The notes under the pieces are model-generated. The model saw nothing but the letters and a program-made list of their open reading frames with translations. It had not been told where the DNA came from and made no database searches. A stretch of 37,960 nucleotides of DNA, from the IMG/VR virus record IMGVR_UViG_3300020045_008695, positions 1 through 37,960 of that record; one strand, given 5' to 3'. Both the position numbers and the translations under genes were made by a program. Below, piece after piece: positions 1-8,717 of the stretch (its first letter is position 1; every line of letters starts with the position of its first letter). This stretch comes from a virus. Taxonomy: Duplodnaviria > Caudoviricetes.

Positions 1-102
1 AACAACCTTGGCTGCAAGATCCTCGTTGCTAATGCTCGTTCCTTGCTCCTCGGCTTTCAGGATAAGCGCTCTGCACACTGCACCAACATTCATCTTAGAC
101 AT
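1..102 (-). CDS. 5' half of small HTH-like early protein spanning the window junction (MSKMNVGAVCRALILKAEEQGTSISNEDLAAKVV...)
   Basis: ATG at 102 with GGAG SD; open to position 1; continues in frame at 37960; aligns with the N-terminal part of 37320..37628 (VGSYSRALIRRAAENKMALSNEDLAAKVV). Not in the ORF track because it is split. Confidence 0.9.
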   Translation of the reverse strand, partial: MSKMNVGAVCRALILKAEEQGTSISNEDLAAKVV

Positions 103-170
103 GTTACACTCCATGTATGCTGTTACTAGCCGCAGCACAGTCGCTTTGGTTTCATTCACAACATGTAGAT

Positions 171-219
171 ATCATATCGCAGTTACAATTGAAAGTACAT
201 CACTGTTACACTTGTTGCA
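171..219 (-). promoter_or_regulatory. TGTAAC-box sigma70-like promoter for the junction gene
   Basis: Minus strand GCAACAAGTGTAACA-gtga-TGTACT-17 nt-TATGAT; same geometry as four other promoters. Confidence 0.7.
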
Positions 220-335
220 CATGTAACGGATGTAACAAGTGATTTGGTCGGGTTTGTTACATGTGTTACATGTGTTACATGTGTTACATGTGTTACATGT
301 GTTACATATGGTTCCAATTTGTTACGCTTGTTGCA
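204..335. repeat. Cluster of about 12 TGT(T/A)(A/G)C(A/G) boxes including a 6x tandem 9-mer (TGTTACATG) at 255-308
   Basis: Boxes start at 204, 213, 222, 231; 255, 264, 273, 282, 291, 300; 320, 329. Spacing within each group is 9 bp. Confidence 0.95.
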
Positions 336-646
336 CTTTTTTCGCCAGGCGGTGGGGGGCCTCGCTGCGCTCGGCCGACAGCACACATAGCACATCACAA
401 ATTTCGGCTCCTAATCAGCACCAAGAGCATCGTACTCTGCTCCAAGCCCGTCGTCCGGCCGAAAAGGACCGATTTTCGTCGAAATAAGGCCGATTTTAGC
501 GCGCTTAAAGGAGCTTTAAACGAATAAAAAACGAAAGTTCGGGTCTGTTTAAGGGCCCTTTTCGGTGTTTAAATTAATTATTTTTATCAAACCGCTTCTA
601 GAGCTTACAATGGCCGATTTTGGATGAAATCTAACGAAATCAGTTG

Positions 647-675
647 CTCCCCCGCTGTCCGCCCCGCGTTATAAT
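647..675 (+). promoter_or_regulatory. Putative promoter of the virion (late) operon
   Basis: Perfect TATAAT at 670-675, 30 nt upstream of the terS ATG; weak -35 (CTCCCC at 17 nt spacing); no TGTAAC box. Confidence 0.5.
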
Positions 676-705
676 CGTGCTGGTGCACATGTACGCGTAT
701 TAAGT

Positions 706-1047
706 ATGAGTGATCTGATCCCAAAACCGAGGCCCAAGTCACCGCTCTCGACCTCCGAGTTGGATATGGACGCCTCGCCTCGCGTTGTAACCAAGCAGTT
801 GCGCGAAGTATTCCGCCAAGCATTCGATAGGCTTGGCGGCGCGGATTGGCTCGTCCAGTTTGCCACTGAGTCTGACCAAAACGCTCGAGTTTTCGTCCAA
901 GCTATCAGCAAGCTCCTCCCGCCGAATATGTCGCCCAAGGAAGATGAGAAGATTATCATCGATGTACCTTGGTTGACGCGCGATCGGCTTAGCTACAAAC
1001 AGACCGAGGATGCTACTATTGTGAGTATCTCCGATGGCAGACACTGA
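706..1047 (+). CDS. terS: Terminase small subunit
   Basis: 113 aa; AFDRLGGADWLVQFA...FVQAISKLLP pattern typical of small terminases; first gene of the packaging operon. Confidence 0.75.
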   Translation: MSDLIPKPRPKSPLSTSELDMDASPRVVTKQLREVFRQAFDRLGGADWLVQFATESDQNARVFVQAISKLLPPNMSPKEDEKIIIDVPWLTRDRLSYKQTEDATIVSISDGRH

Positions 1048-2548
1048 TCGCCTCGCAGCTTCCCCGCGCAATGGGTTGCTGGGCAGTCTGGTCGATACTC
1101 TTCGTGCTTTGCGGTCGAAGGGTACCGATAGGACTATTACAAAGTACTTCCCGGAAGGTCTGTCCCCAGCTGAGTTGTTACTACCTGATGAAGCGTCGCT
1201 CAATGAGCTAGATAATTGGGCTTACGGTAATGCACCAACGCATGTGCCAGATAGGATGCCCCAACTTAAGAGCAACCGCAAAGCAATAGACGTCTTAGGC
1301 GCAGCTGGAGCAGTACCGGTTGGAACGGCCGCTAAAACTGGAGGTGCAGTAGCTGCAAAAGCTGCATTGTATGCAGGTGCATTGCGCAAAGATCTACTGC
1401 TTTCGCATGCTGGAAATACAGACAGGCTACTAAAAACAGGTGAGCTACCTAAAGAGCTCTATAATTTGTCTTTAGGTATTACTAAAGACAAACCAATGCA
1501 GTTCGGTGAGTCAAATGTATTGCTAATACCTCGTGAAGGTGCATTTGACCCCAAAACACAACCTACTTCGCTTACCGCATTTGACGCGTTCACCCCGCGA
1601 AGAGCGCAAGCTGTAGGTTCTGCAGTACAGGATTTGCTACTAGATCCTGGAAACGAAGAATACATGCATGCTTTGCGTGAAGCCGCGCAAATGCGCCAAG
1701 TAGACAGGTTTGTGCCTAGTTATCTTAAAGGTGGCAGAAACAACGAAGGTACTTTAATACCGCTAGTCAGTCAACTCCCCACTTATGGGTCTGGGGGATA
1801 TACATCTGGTGGTGAGCGCATTAAATGGCAGCATAATCCCGCGGATTGGGTCGACCCCCTCAGGTCCGCAGCATATACCAGGTTTCCATCGTTTGAAGCT
1901 TACGAGAAGTCTAAATATGGCGCAGGTCGTCTAGACACAGGGCCTAATAAGAACGCGTTTGAGCTTACGCTTCCTGACTATCTTGCTAGCCACCCAACTG
2001 TTGGCGAAGATTTTGGTTTTGGACATTACCCCGGTAATGCGGAAGAATATCGCCAAGCGCTTACTAGACAGCCAGATAGTCAGTATAGTGATATTCTGAC
2101 AGGTCTGCATGAGCTGCTTCGAAATAGAACAGTGCCACCAAAAATGCGGCAGGATACTATAGATTTACTCAAACTACTGCGCACAAGTAACTCAGATTAT
2201 GGGGAGCTTAAAGCTTGGGGCCCAACAGGTTTGCACCAAGATAACTTTGCAGGAATTATAGCTGATAGTACGCTGCCTGTGAGCGCTTTGAAACAACTGG
2301 AGCGGAGCGCGGGGCGCAGAGGGCTCGCGTTTGATGCAACGCGACTTAATTCAGAGAATCCGTTAATGCAAAAAGGTGCGTTCAATATCGCTACGCAGAT
2401 GCAAGATCTACGTAAGACGGATCCGCTGCCTTTACAACTACATAAGCCTGCTGTTGAGGTAACTGAGATTCCAGATACTATGTTGACGCCTGGAGAACTT
2501 GCAACTTTCAATATGCTGAAACCAGCATGGCCTAGTATTCTTAAGTAA
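1034..2548 (+). CDS. Putative virion-borne effector with an ADP-ribosyltransferase-like (polyvalent-protein type) domain
   Basis: 504 aa, overlapping both neighbours; Gly/Ala-rich N-terminal linker, then LLLSH...LSLGIT...FG...FDP...DAFTP and a C-terminal YGELK...FAGII pattern (H-S-E). The ORF is solid; the function is inferred. Confidence 0.5.
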   Translation: MADTDRLAASPRNGLLGSLVDTLRALRSKGTDRTITKYFPEGLSPAELLLPDEASLNELDNWAYGNAPTHVPDRMPQLKSNRKAIDVLGAAGAVPVGTAAKTGGAVAAKAALYAGALRKDLLLSHAGNTDRLLKTGELPKELYNLSLGITKDKPMQFGESNVLLIPREGAFDPKTQPTSLTAFDAFTPRRAQAVGSAVQDLLLDPGNEEYMHALREAAQMRQVDRFVPSYLKGGRNNEGTLIPLVSQLPTYGSGGYTSGGERIKWQHNPADWVDPLRSAAYTRFPSFEAYEKSKYGAGRLDTGPNKNAFELTLPDYLASHPTVGEDFGFGHYPGNAEEYRQALTRQPDSQYSDILTGLHELLRNRTVPPKMRQDTIDLLKLLRTSNSDYGELKAWGPTGLHQDNFAGIIADSTLPVSALKQLERSAGRRGLAFDATRLNSENPLMQKGAFNIATQMQDLRKTDPLPLQLHKPAVEVTEIPDTMLTPGELATFNMLKPAWPSILK

Positions 2549-3879
2549 TGGCACTGAAGTACACACCGCGTGAGGCGTTCCTCCAGCTTCATAACCGTAA
2601 ACAGCGTTGGGCTACGCTGAACACGCATCGTCGTGCGGGTAAGACTGTAGCGCTGGTGAATGACATCATATTTGGAGCTCTGGAGTGCCAAAAGTACAAA
2701 CCGCAGCTCGCCTATGTCGGCCCCACGTATAGCCAGGCAAAACGAGTTGCTTGGTCGTATCTCAAAGACTATGCTGAGCCGTATCTCTCTAAGCCGCCGC
2801 AGGAAGCAGAGCTTAAAGTTACGCTGAAGAATGAAGCAGTCATCTACGTCCTCGGAGCAGACAACGCAGATACCCTGCGCGGTATGTATCTTGATGGTGG
2901 CGTTGGTGATGAGTACGCACTATTCAAGCCGTCAGTGTTTTCACAAGTTATTCGGCCTGCGTTGTCCGATAGAAACGGATGGTGGATGTTCGCCTCCACC
3001 CCGCGAGGCAAGAATCTCTTCTATGATGTAACACAGCAAGCAAAGAATAACCCGAATGAGTGGTTTTCTTTGCATTTACCCGCAGATACCTCCGGGATTA
3101 TCTCCCCGCGAGAACTGGCAGAACTCCAGAAGGATATGGATCCTGAGGAGTTTGCGCAAGAGTACCTTTGTAGTTTTGATTCGGCATTGAAGGGCGCCAT
3201 CTATGCGTCGGAAGTCAACCTCATGTTCCTTGAGGGTCGAGCTGGCGAAAAAGCGCTCTACGACAAATCTCTCCCAGTTCACTGCGCTTTTGACCTCGGT
3301 TTCACAGACGCCACAGTTTGTATCTGGTTCCAAATCGGACCTGACAATTCCCTCAGGCTTGTTGCGTGCGAAGCTACAACAGGTCAGGACATCTTTTACC
3401 ACATCGACAAAATAAACGAGTTCGCAGGGCGCCTAGGCGACGTGTTTCTCCCCCACGATGCGCGTGCTAAGAATCTACAAACTGGTAAATCTATTGTAGA
3501 GCAGTTTATTGAGCAAGGTATTGTCCCGCGTTTGATCCCTAATCATAAGGTTAGAGACGGTATTTCAGCGGTTCGACGTGTACTTGCAAAAACCTATGTA
3601 GATACTACTGCAACTGGTGACTTGCTTGAAGCTATGAAAGGTTACCGGCGTGAATGGGACGACAAGCATCTTCGGTTTTCTGATGTCCCTGTACATGATT
3701 GGTGCTCGGACTTCTGTGATTGCCTCAGGTATGTTGCTTTGGCATGTGGTTTGCTGGGGTTACGAGCCCTCGCGGACACAAAAGCAGGATCAATTGATGA
3801 TCAAGCCGCCGGGTACAATCTAGAAACCTTATATATGGATAATGCGGCGCGATTTAGGCCTCAACCGAGATTGACATGA
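2548..3879 (+). CDS. terL: Terminase large subunit
   Basis: HRRAGKT Walker A, LRGMYLDGGVGDE Walker B, STPRGKN motif III, DLGFTD and HDWCSDFCDCLRY nuclease motifs. Confidence 0.97.
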   Translation: MALKYTPREAFLQLHNRKQRWATLNTHRRAGKTVALVNDIIFGALECQKYKPQLAYVGPTYSQAKRVAWSYLKDYAEPYLSKPPQEAELKVTLKNEAVIYVLGADNADTLRGMYLDGGVGDEYALFKPSVFSQVIRPALSDRNGWWMFASTPRGKNLFYDVTQQAKNNPNEWFSLHLPADTSGIISPRELAELQKDMDPEEFAQEYLCSFDSALKGAIYASEVNLMFLEGRAGEKALYDKSLPVHCAFDLGFTDATVCIWFQIGPDNSLRLVACEATTGQDIFYHIDKINEFAGRLGDVFLPHDARAKNLQTGKSIVEQFIEQGIVPRLIPNHKVRDGISAVRRVLAKTYVDTTATGDLLEAMKGYRREWDDKHLRFSDVPVHDWCSDFCDCLRYVALACGLLGLRALADTKAGSIDDQAAGYNLETLYMDNAARFRPQPRLT

Positions 3880-5996
3880 GTCAGACTACTAATACTATTA
3901 CCGATCCTAACGATCTGCGGGAGATCACCCCAGTTCAACGTTGGCAGGCAGAGATTGAAGCAGCTGAAAAGGAGCTCAAAAAGTTCCATGAGCGGGCTAC
4001 TGTAGTTAATCGCCGCTTTCTGGATGAGCGGGATATGCTGGACCAATCGCATAAATGGTTCAATATCTTCTTCGCTAATGTCCAAATCCTAGAATCTGCA
4101 TTATACGCACAACTGCCACGGCCTGTAGTGTCGCGGCGCTACATGGATTTTAATGATGATGTAGGTCGTGTAGCGGCTATGATGCTGCAACGAGCTATTT
4201 CAGAAGATTTGGATGATCCTAATGACACTTTTGATGGTGTAATGCGCCATGCGGTCCAGGATCGACTTGTTCCTGGGCTTGCAACTGCGTGGCTTCGTCT
4301 AGAAACTGAGTTCGAGAATCTCACCCCGCCGCCGGAACCTGGAATGGGCGAAGCAGAAGAGGTTCTGGAAGAGCAACTTGGTGAAATAGAGGAAGAAGGA
4401 TCTACACAGCGCATTGCAGATCAAAAAATCTGCCTAGATTACGTGCATTGGAAGGACTTCATCTGGTCGCCATGTCGAGTTTGGGAAGAGCGTAGGTGGG
4501 TCGCGCGTAAAGTATACATGTCGCGCCCAGAATTGATTAAACGGTTTGGTGAGCGTCTTGGTGCAGCTACGCCACTTGATTATCATGTTGTAGATCGTGG
4601 CGTTAATGTTCAAAGCACTACGCCCAATGACGATGTGCTCAAGAAAGCTATTGTCTATGAGATTTGGGACCGGGAAAATCGAGAGGTACTCTGGTATTCT
4701 AAAGGCATGCAGGAGCTCCTCGATACCAAAGAGGACTTCCTTAAACTCCGAGGATTCGAACCGTGCCCCCGTCCGATGTTGGCCAATACCTCTACCAGCA
4801 ATACGGTACCGCGCCCTGATTACTACATGATTCGGGATCAGTATACCGAGCTTGATACTGTAAATAACCGCATTTCAATGCTGGTACAGGCCTGTAAGGT
4901 AGTTGGCACATACGACAAATCTGCGATTGGTGTATCGCGGATGCTGACTGAAGGTTTCGATAACCAACTCATCCCTGTAGATAACTGGGCGATGTTTGCT
5001 GAAAAGGGCGGCATCAAGGGCGCCATTGACTGGCTCCCACTTGAGCAAGTTACGCAAGCGCTACAGCAATTGAACCAGGCCCGGGAAGCCATCAAGGGTC
5101 AAATCTATGAGCTTACAGGAATTGCAGATATTGTGCGTGGAGCTAGCAAGGCGTCTGAGACCCTTGGTGCCCAGCAAATCAAAGCGCAATTCGCTTCTGT
5201 GCGCATCAAGAAGCTCCAAGATGAGACTGCACGCTTTGCATCTGATATCATGCGGATCAAAGCGGAAATCATGGTCAAGCACTTTGAGCCTGAGCTTATA
5301 ATCAAAAAAGCCAATATGATGGCAACTCCAGATATGGAGTTGGTGCCACAAGCTATGGCTTTGCTCAAAGAACCTCTGGAATTTGAATGGCGTGTTGAAG
5401 TTAATGCGGATACTTTGGCACAAGCTGACTACGCTGCAGAACGCGAAGATCGCATGAACTTCATGGGCGTCATGTCCAAATTCATGCAGCAATTTGGCCC
5501 CATGGTCCAATCTGCACCAGCATCGGCCCCGCTATTGTTGACGTTACTTAAGTGGTCTGTGTCCAGCTTCCGCAATGCACAGGATATTGAGGGGTTATTG
5601 GATCGCGAACTAGATCGTATGGTTCAGGAAGCTAAGCAGCCCAAGCCACAGCAGCCTGATCCAGAGATGCTTAAACTGCAAGCTGAACAGCAAATGGCGC
5701 AGCAAGCGCATCAAATGGAGATGCAAAAGCAGCAACTTGAGCTACAAATTCAACAGCAAGAAGCAGCTGCTGAAGCTCGCGCGCGTGAAATGGAGTTTGC
5801 GCTTGAGCAGCAGCGGGCTCAAATGGAAATGCGCTTTGAAGCACAACGCCAGCAACAAGATCTTCAGTTTGAGCAGCTAATGGCTGCAATTAAGCTCCAA
5901 GCACTACAAGAAACCAACGATGCAAAACTTGAGCTACTCCAAGAACAAGCAAGAATCAAAACGCAAAGTGACAATCGAGATAGTGCAGCTAATTAG
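3876..5996 (+). CDS. Portal protein
   Basis: 706 aa directly after terL; IYELTGIADIVRG...ETLGAQQIK portal motif; Q-rich C-terminal coiled coil as in P22-like portals. Confidence 0.9.
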   Translation: MSQTTNTITDPNDLREITPVQRWQAEIEAAEKELKKFHERATVVNRRFLDERDMLDQSHKWFNIFFANVQILESALYAQLPRPVVSRRYMDFNDDVGRVAAMMLQRAISEDLDDPNDTFDGVMRHAVQDRLVPGLATAWLRLETEFENLTPPPEPGMGEAEEVLEEQLGEIEEEGSTQRIADQKICLDYVHWKDFIWSPCRVWEERRWVARKVYMSRPELIKRFGERLGAATPLDYHVVDRGVNVQSTTPNDDVLKKAIVYEIWDRENREVLWYSKGMQELLDTKEDFLKLRGFEPCPRPMLANTSTSNTVPRPDYYMIRDQYTELDTVNNRISMLVQACKVVGTYDKSAIGVSRMLTEGFDNQLIPVDNWAMFAEKGGIKGAIDWLPLEQVTQALQQLNQAREAIKGQIYELTGIADIVRGASKASETLGAQQIKAQFASVRIKKLQDETARFASDIMRIKAEIMVKHFEPELIIKKANMMATPDMELVPQAMALLKEPLEFEWRVEVNADTLAQADYAAEREDRMNFMGVMSKFMQQFGPMVQSAPASAPLLLTLLKWSVSSFRNAQDIEGLLDRELDRMVQEAKQPKPQQPDPEMLKLQAEQQMAQQAHQMEMQKQQLELQIQQQEAAAEARAREMEFALEQQRAQMEMRFEAQRQQQDLQFEQLMAAIKLQALQETNDAKLELLQEQARIKTQSDNRDSAAN

Positions 5997-6099
5997 AACT
6001 TCTAAAGAATCAGCGGGGCAGCTCGCTGACAAGTTTCAAATTACGCAATCTTGGGTTTGTCGTATTAGGAATGGCTTCGCGCATAAGAGGTTAAAATGA
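5920..6099 (+). CDS. Small HTH protein resembling the C-terminal DNA-binding domain of HNH endonucleases (59 aa; alternative GTG start at 5968)
   Basis: Manual translation ...KVTIEIVQLIRTSKESAGQLADKFQITQSWVCRIRNGFAHKRLK; its stop overlaps the next ATG (ATGA 6096-6099); below the ORF-track cutoff. Confidence 0.65.
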   Translation: MQNLSYSKNKQESKRKVTIEIVQLIRTSKESAGQLADKFQITQSWVCRIRNGFAHKRLK

Positions 6100-6428
6100 G
6101 CACGAGGATAACATATGTCTTCCCCTCCGACGGATCAGAACCCTACGTCAAAGGAACAAGACCTATTGAAGACGTTAGAGGAAATAGATATCCTACTATC
6201 CAAGGGGACCTCCCTGACTTCGTTTCTCCGATTGATGGCAGGTTGTATTCTGGTCGGGCTGGGCTGCGCGAACATTGTATTCGCCACGATGTTGTTCCTA
6301 ACGCTGATCTTAAAGGGCTGCCAATGATGCAGACCAACTCAGATTTTCGACGTCCAGAAGATGTACGTCGGGACCGCGCAGCTCGTAAAGAGCAAATTAT
6401 TCATCTTGTTAACCAACATTATAGGTAA
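6096..6428 (+). CDS. Conserved head-module hypothetical protein
   Basis: FVSPIDG...SGRAGLREHCIRH pattern seen in small genes between portal and scaffold; GAGG SD. Confidence 0.75.
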   Translation: MSTRITYVFPSDGSEPYVKGTRPIEDVRGNRYPTIQGDLPDFVSPIDGRLYSGRAGLREHCIRHDVVPNADLKGLPMMQTNSDFRRPEDVRRDRAARKEQIIHLVNQHYR

Positions 6429-6431
6429 ATT

Positions 6432-7514
6432 ATGTCTGACGACCGTCGCGCCGCACTAGAAGCTGCTTTTGAGGCTGCTGAGAATGAAGGAACAGATCCG
6501 GGCACCCAAGCTCTTGAGCAGAATGAAGTTTCTGCGCAAGGAACAAGCTCAAGCGAAGCGCCTCAAGAGAGGGCTGCTCCCCAGGAAGAAGCCCCTGAAG
6601 GAGAACAGGTAGAACCAGAAGCTAAGGCTACTGAAACGCCTGCAGAGGAAACGCCGTCTGAAGAGCCTGCAAAGCCAGTCAAGAGCACTGATACGCCTCC
6701 AGCATCATGGAAGGCGCCACAGCGAGCTAAATGGGCCGCGCTGGATCCAGATATCCGTGCAGAAGTTATGCGGCGTGAACAAGCGCATATGACTGCTATT
6801 GGTGAAGCAGGCAATGCAAAGAACTTTATCAAGCAATTTGGTGAAGTTGTAGCACCGTATGCTCCAAGATTGCAAGCTTTGGGTGCGCACCCGCTTGCTG
6901 CAGTTAAAGGTCTGCTCCAAGCAGACTATATGCTAGCTACGGGGCCAAAGCATCAACGTGCAGAGCTCATTGCAAAACTGATTAAAGACTACGACGTTGA
7001 TATTGCGGCGCTAGATCAAGTGTTGGCTGGGATATCATCGCCAGAAGCTGCAGAAGAAATCAAGCTTCAAAGGCTGCTCGATCAAAAGCTGGCACCGCTC
7101 CAAGAAAAACTTACTCGACAGGAGCAGCGGGAGCTGTATGAGAAGCAGCAACAAGAAGCTGAGCTAGCTAAGCAATTGGAAAAGATTTCTACAGACCCTA
7201 AATTTCCACACTTCGAAGCTGTACGTGACACAATGGCTGATTTAATCGAAATCAGCGCGCGCCGTGGAGTATCATTGGGCCTCGAAGAGGCATATAATCG
7301 TGCTGTTGTTGCGGATCCGAGCCTGTCTAGTTCGCTGGAAGCCGTCCGACAGCAGGAAGCTGTAAAGCAAGCCGCTCTTAGAGCTCAGCGTGCTAAACAA
7401 GCATCATCCTCTGTTAATGGCGCACCAGGCGGTGGTGGTAGTCGGTCACCAGTAGCAAATGATCGTAGGTCAGCTATCGCTGCGGCATTTGAAGCACTCG
7501 GGGGTTCTGCATGA
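6432..7514 (+). CDS. Capsid scaffolding protein
   Basis: Acidic disordered N-terminus, PPASWK...WAAL motif, helical body, position before the MCP. Confidence 0.8.
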   Translation: MSDDRRAALEAAFEAAENEGTDPGTQALEQNEVSAQGTSSSEAPQERAAPQEEAPEGEQVEPEAKATETPAEETPSEEPAKPVKSTDTPPASWKAPQRAKWAALDPDIRAEVMRREQAHMTAIGEAGNAKNFIKQFGEVVAPYAPRLQALGAHPLAAVKGLLQADYMLATGPKHQRAELIAKLIKDYDVDIAALDQVLAGISSPEAAEEIKLQRLLDQKLAPLQEKLTRQEQRELYEKQQQEAELAKQLEKISTDPKFPHFEAVRDTMADLIEISARRGVSLGLEEAYNRAVVADPSLSSSLEAVRQQEAVKQAALRAQRAKQASSSVNGAPGGGGSRSPVANDRRSAIAAAFEALGGSA

Positions 7515-7660
7515 AGTTGTTCACGCGGGCAATCCTTGGGCCAGCATCATTTCCCAAGACGCGAGGCGAGCCAAAGCCACGTAAGTCAAAGCCCACACGT
7601 GCCGATAAAGTACCTTCTAAACCAAAGGTTAAAGTCGGCGCAGGACAACCGAAACCCTAG
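7511..7660 (+). CDS. Possible 49-aa Lys/Pro-rich peptide between scaffold and MCP
   Basis: ATGA overlap with the scaffold stop; MKLFTRAILGPASFPKTRGEPKPRKSKPTRADKVPSKPKVKVGAGQPKP; its TAG abuts the MCP SD. Confidence 0.4.
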   Translation: MKLFTRAILGPASFPKTRGEPKPRKSKPTRADKVPSKPKVKVGAGQPKP

Positions 7661-7671
7661 GAGCCCCCAAC

Positions 7672-8691
7672 ATGGCCTTCGCCAATAGTGCAATCTCAGA
7701 CATTATTGCGACGACGATTCAGTCTCGTACTGGTCAAATCGCTGATAACGTCACCGCAAATAATGCCCTCTTGATGCGCCTTAAGCAGCGCGGAAATATC
7801 AAGACGTTCTCTGGTGGTAATACCATCATGCAAGAATTGTCGTTCGCTTCGAACGGTAATGCTGGCTGGTATTCTGGCTACGAGACTCTGCCCATCGCTG
7901 CGCAGGATGTTATCAGCTCTGCTGAATATACCATCAAGCAAGCGGCCTGCCCAGTCACTATCAGTGGTCTGGAACAACTTCAGAATGCTGGTAAAGAGCG
8001 CATCATTGACCTGATGGATGCGCGCCTAGACGTCGCTGAAGCTTCGATGGCTAACCTCATCGCAGCTGGTCTCTACAGTGATGGTACTGCAGCTAGTGGT
8101 AAGCAAATCGACGGCCTGCTGAAGCAAGTCAGCACCACCCCCACTAATACGGTTGGTGGTATTGACCGTAGCACTTGGTTGTTCTGGAAGAATCAGTATT
8201 ACCGGATGGCTACGGACGGTGGTGCTGCGGTGTCCGCTTCCAATGTGCAGACATATTTTAACAATATGTGGGCACGTTTGGTCCGTGGTAATGATCGTCC
8301 GGACCTGCTCATGGTTGATAATACGCTGTGGGGCTTTTATATGGCCAGTCTGCAGGCCATCCAGCGGTTTACTGGTACTGAAACTGCCAAGCTTGGATTT
8401 GTCAGTGTTAAGTACATGGACGCCGATGTGGTGCTTGATGGCGGTATGCAAATCAACTGGACGTCTACCGGCGCTGCTGGCACGGCTCCGGTTGGTGTGC
8501 CGTCTGCTAGTGCGTACTTCCTCAACACAAAGTACCTGTTCTATCGCCCGCATGCAAGCCGTAACATGGTGCCTCTGTCGCCTGGTCAGCGCTACAGTGT
8601 CAATCAAGATGCTGCAGTGCAAATTCTGGCATGGGCCGGCAACCTTACGTCCTCGGGCCTGCAATTCCAGGGCCGTATGGATAACACCTGA
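7672..8691 (+). CDS. Major capsid protein
   Basis: 339 aa; IADNVTANNALL...FSGGNTI...YSGYETL, KQAACPVTISGLE and WAGNLTSSG motifs; AGGAG SD. Confidence 0.92.
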   Translation: MAFANSAISDIIATTIQSRTGQIADNVTANNALLMRLKQRGNIKTFSGGNTIMQELSFASNGNAGWYSGYETLPIAAQDVISSAEYTIKQAACPVTISGLEQLQNAGKERIIDLMDARLDVAEASMANLIAAGLYSDGTAASGKQIDGLLKQVSTTPTNTVGGIDRSTWLFWKNQYYRMATDGGAAVSASNVQTYFNNMWARLVRGNDRPDLLMVDNTLWGFYMASLQAIQRFTGTETAKLGFVSVKYMDADVVLDGGMQINWTSTGAAGTAPVGVPSASAYFLNTKYLFYRPHASRNMVPLSPGQRYSVNQDAAVQILAWAGNLTSSGLQFQGRMDNT

Positions 8692-8717
8692 TCTGTTAAA
8701 CTTTCAAGGAGATTCAT

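Noticed and set aside
255-308. CRISPR array or telomere-like repeat
   Set aside because: Contiguous 9-mers with no spacers and no cas operon; better explained as binding boxes.
183-527. ORFs with MCY/HVT/LHV repeats (183..398, 239..487, 261..527)
   Set aside because: They are translations of the 9-bp DNA repeat, with no SD or protein-like composition.
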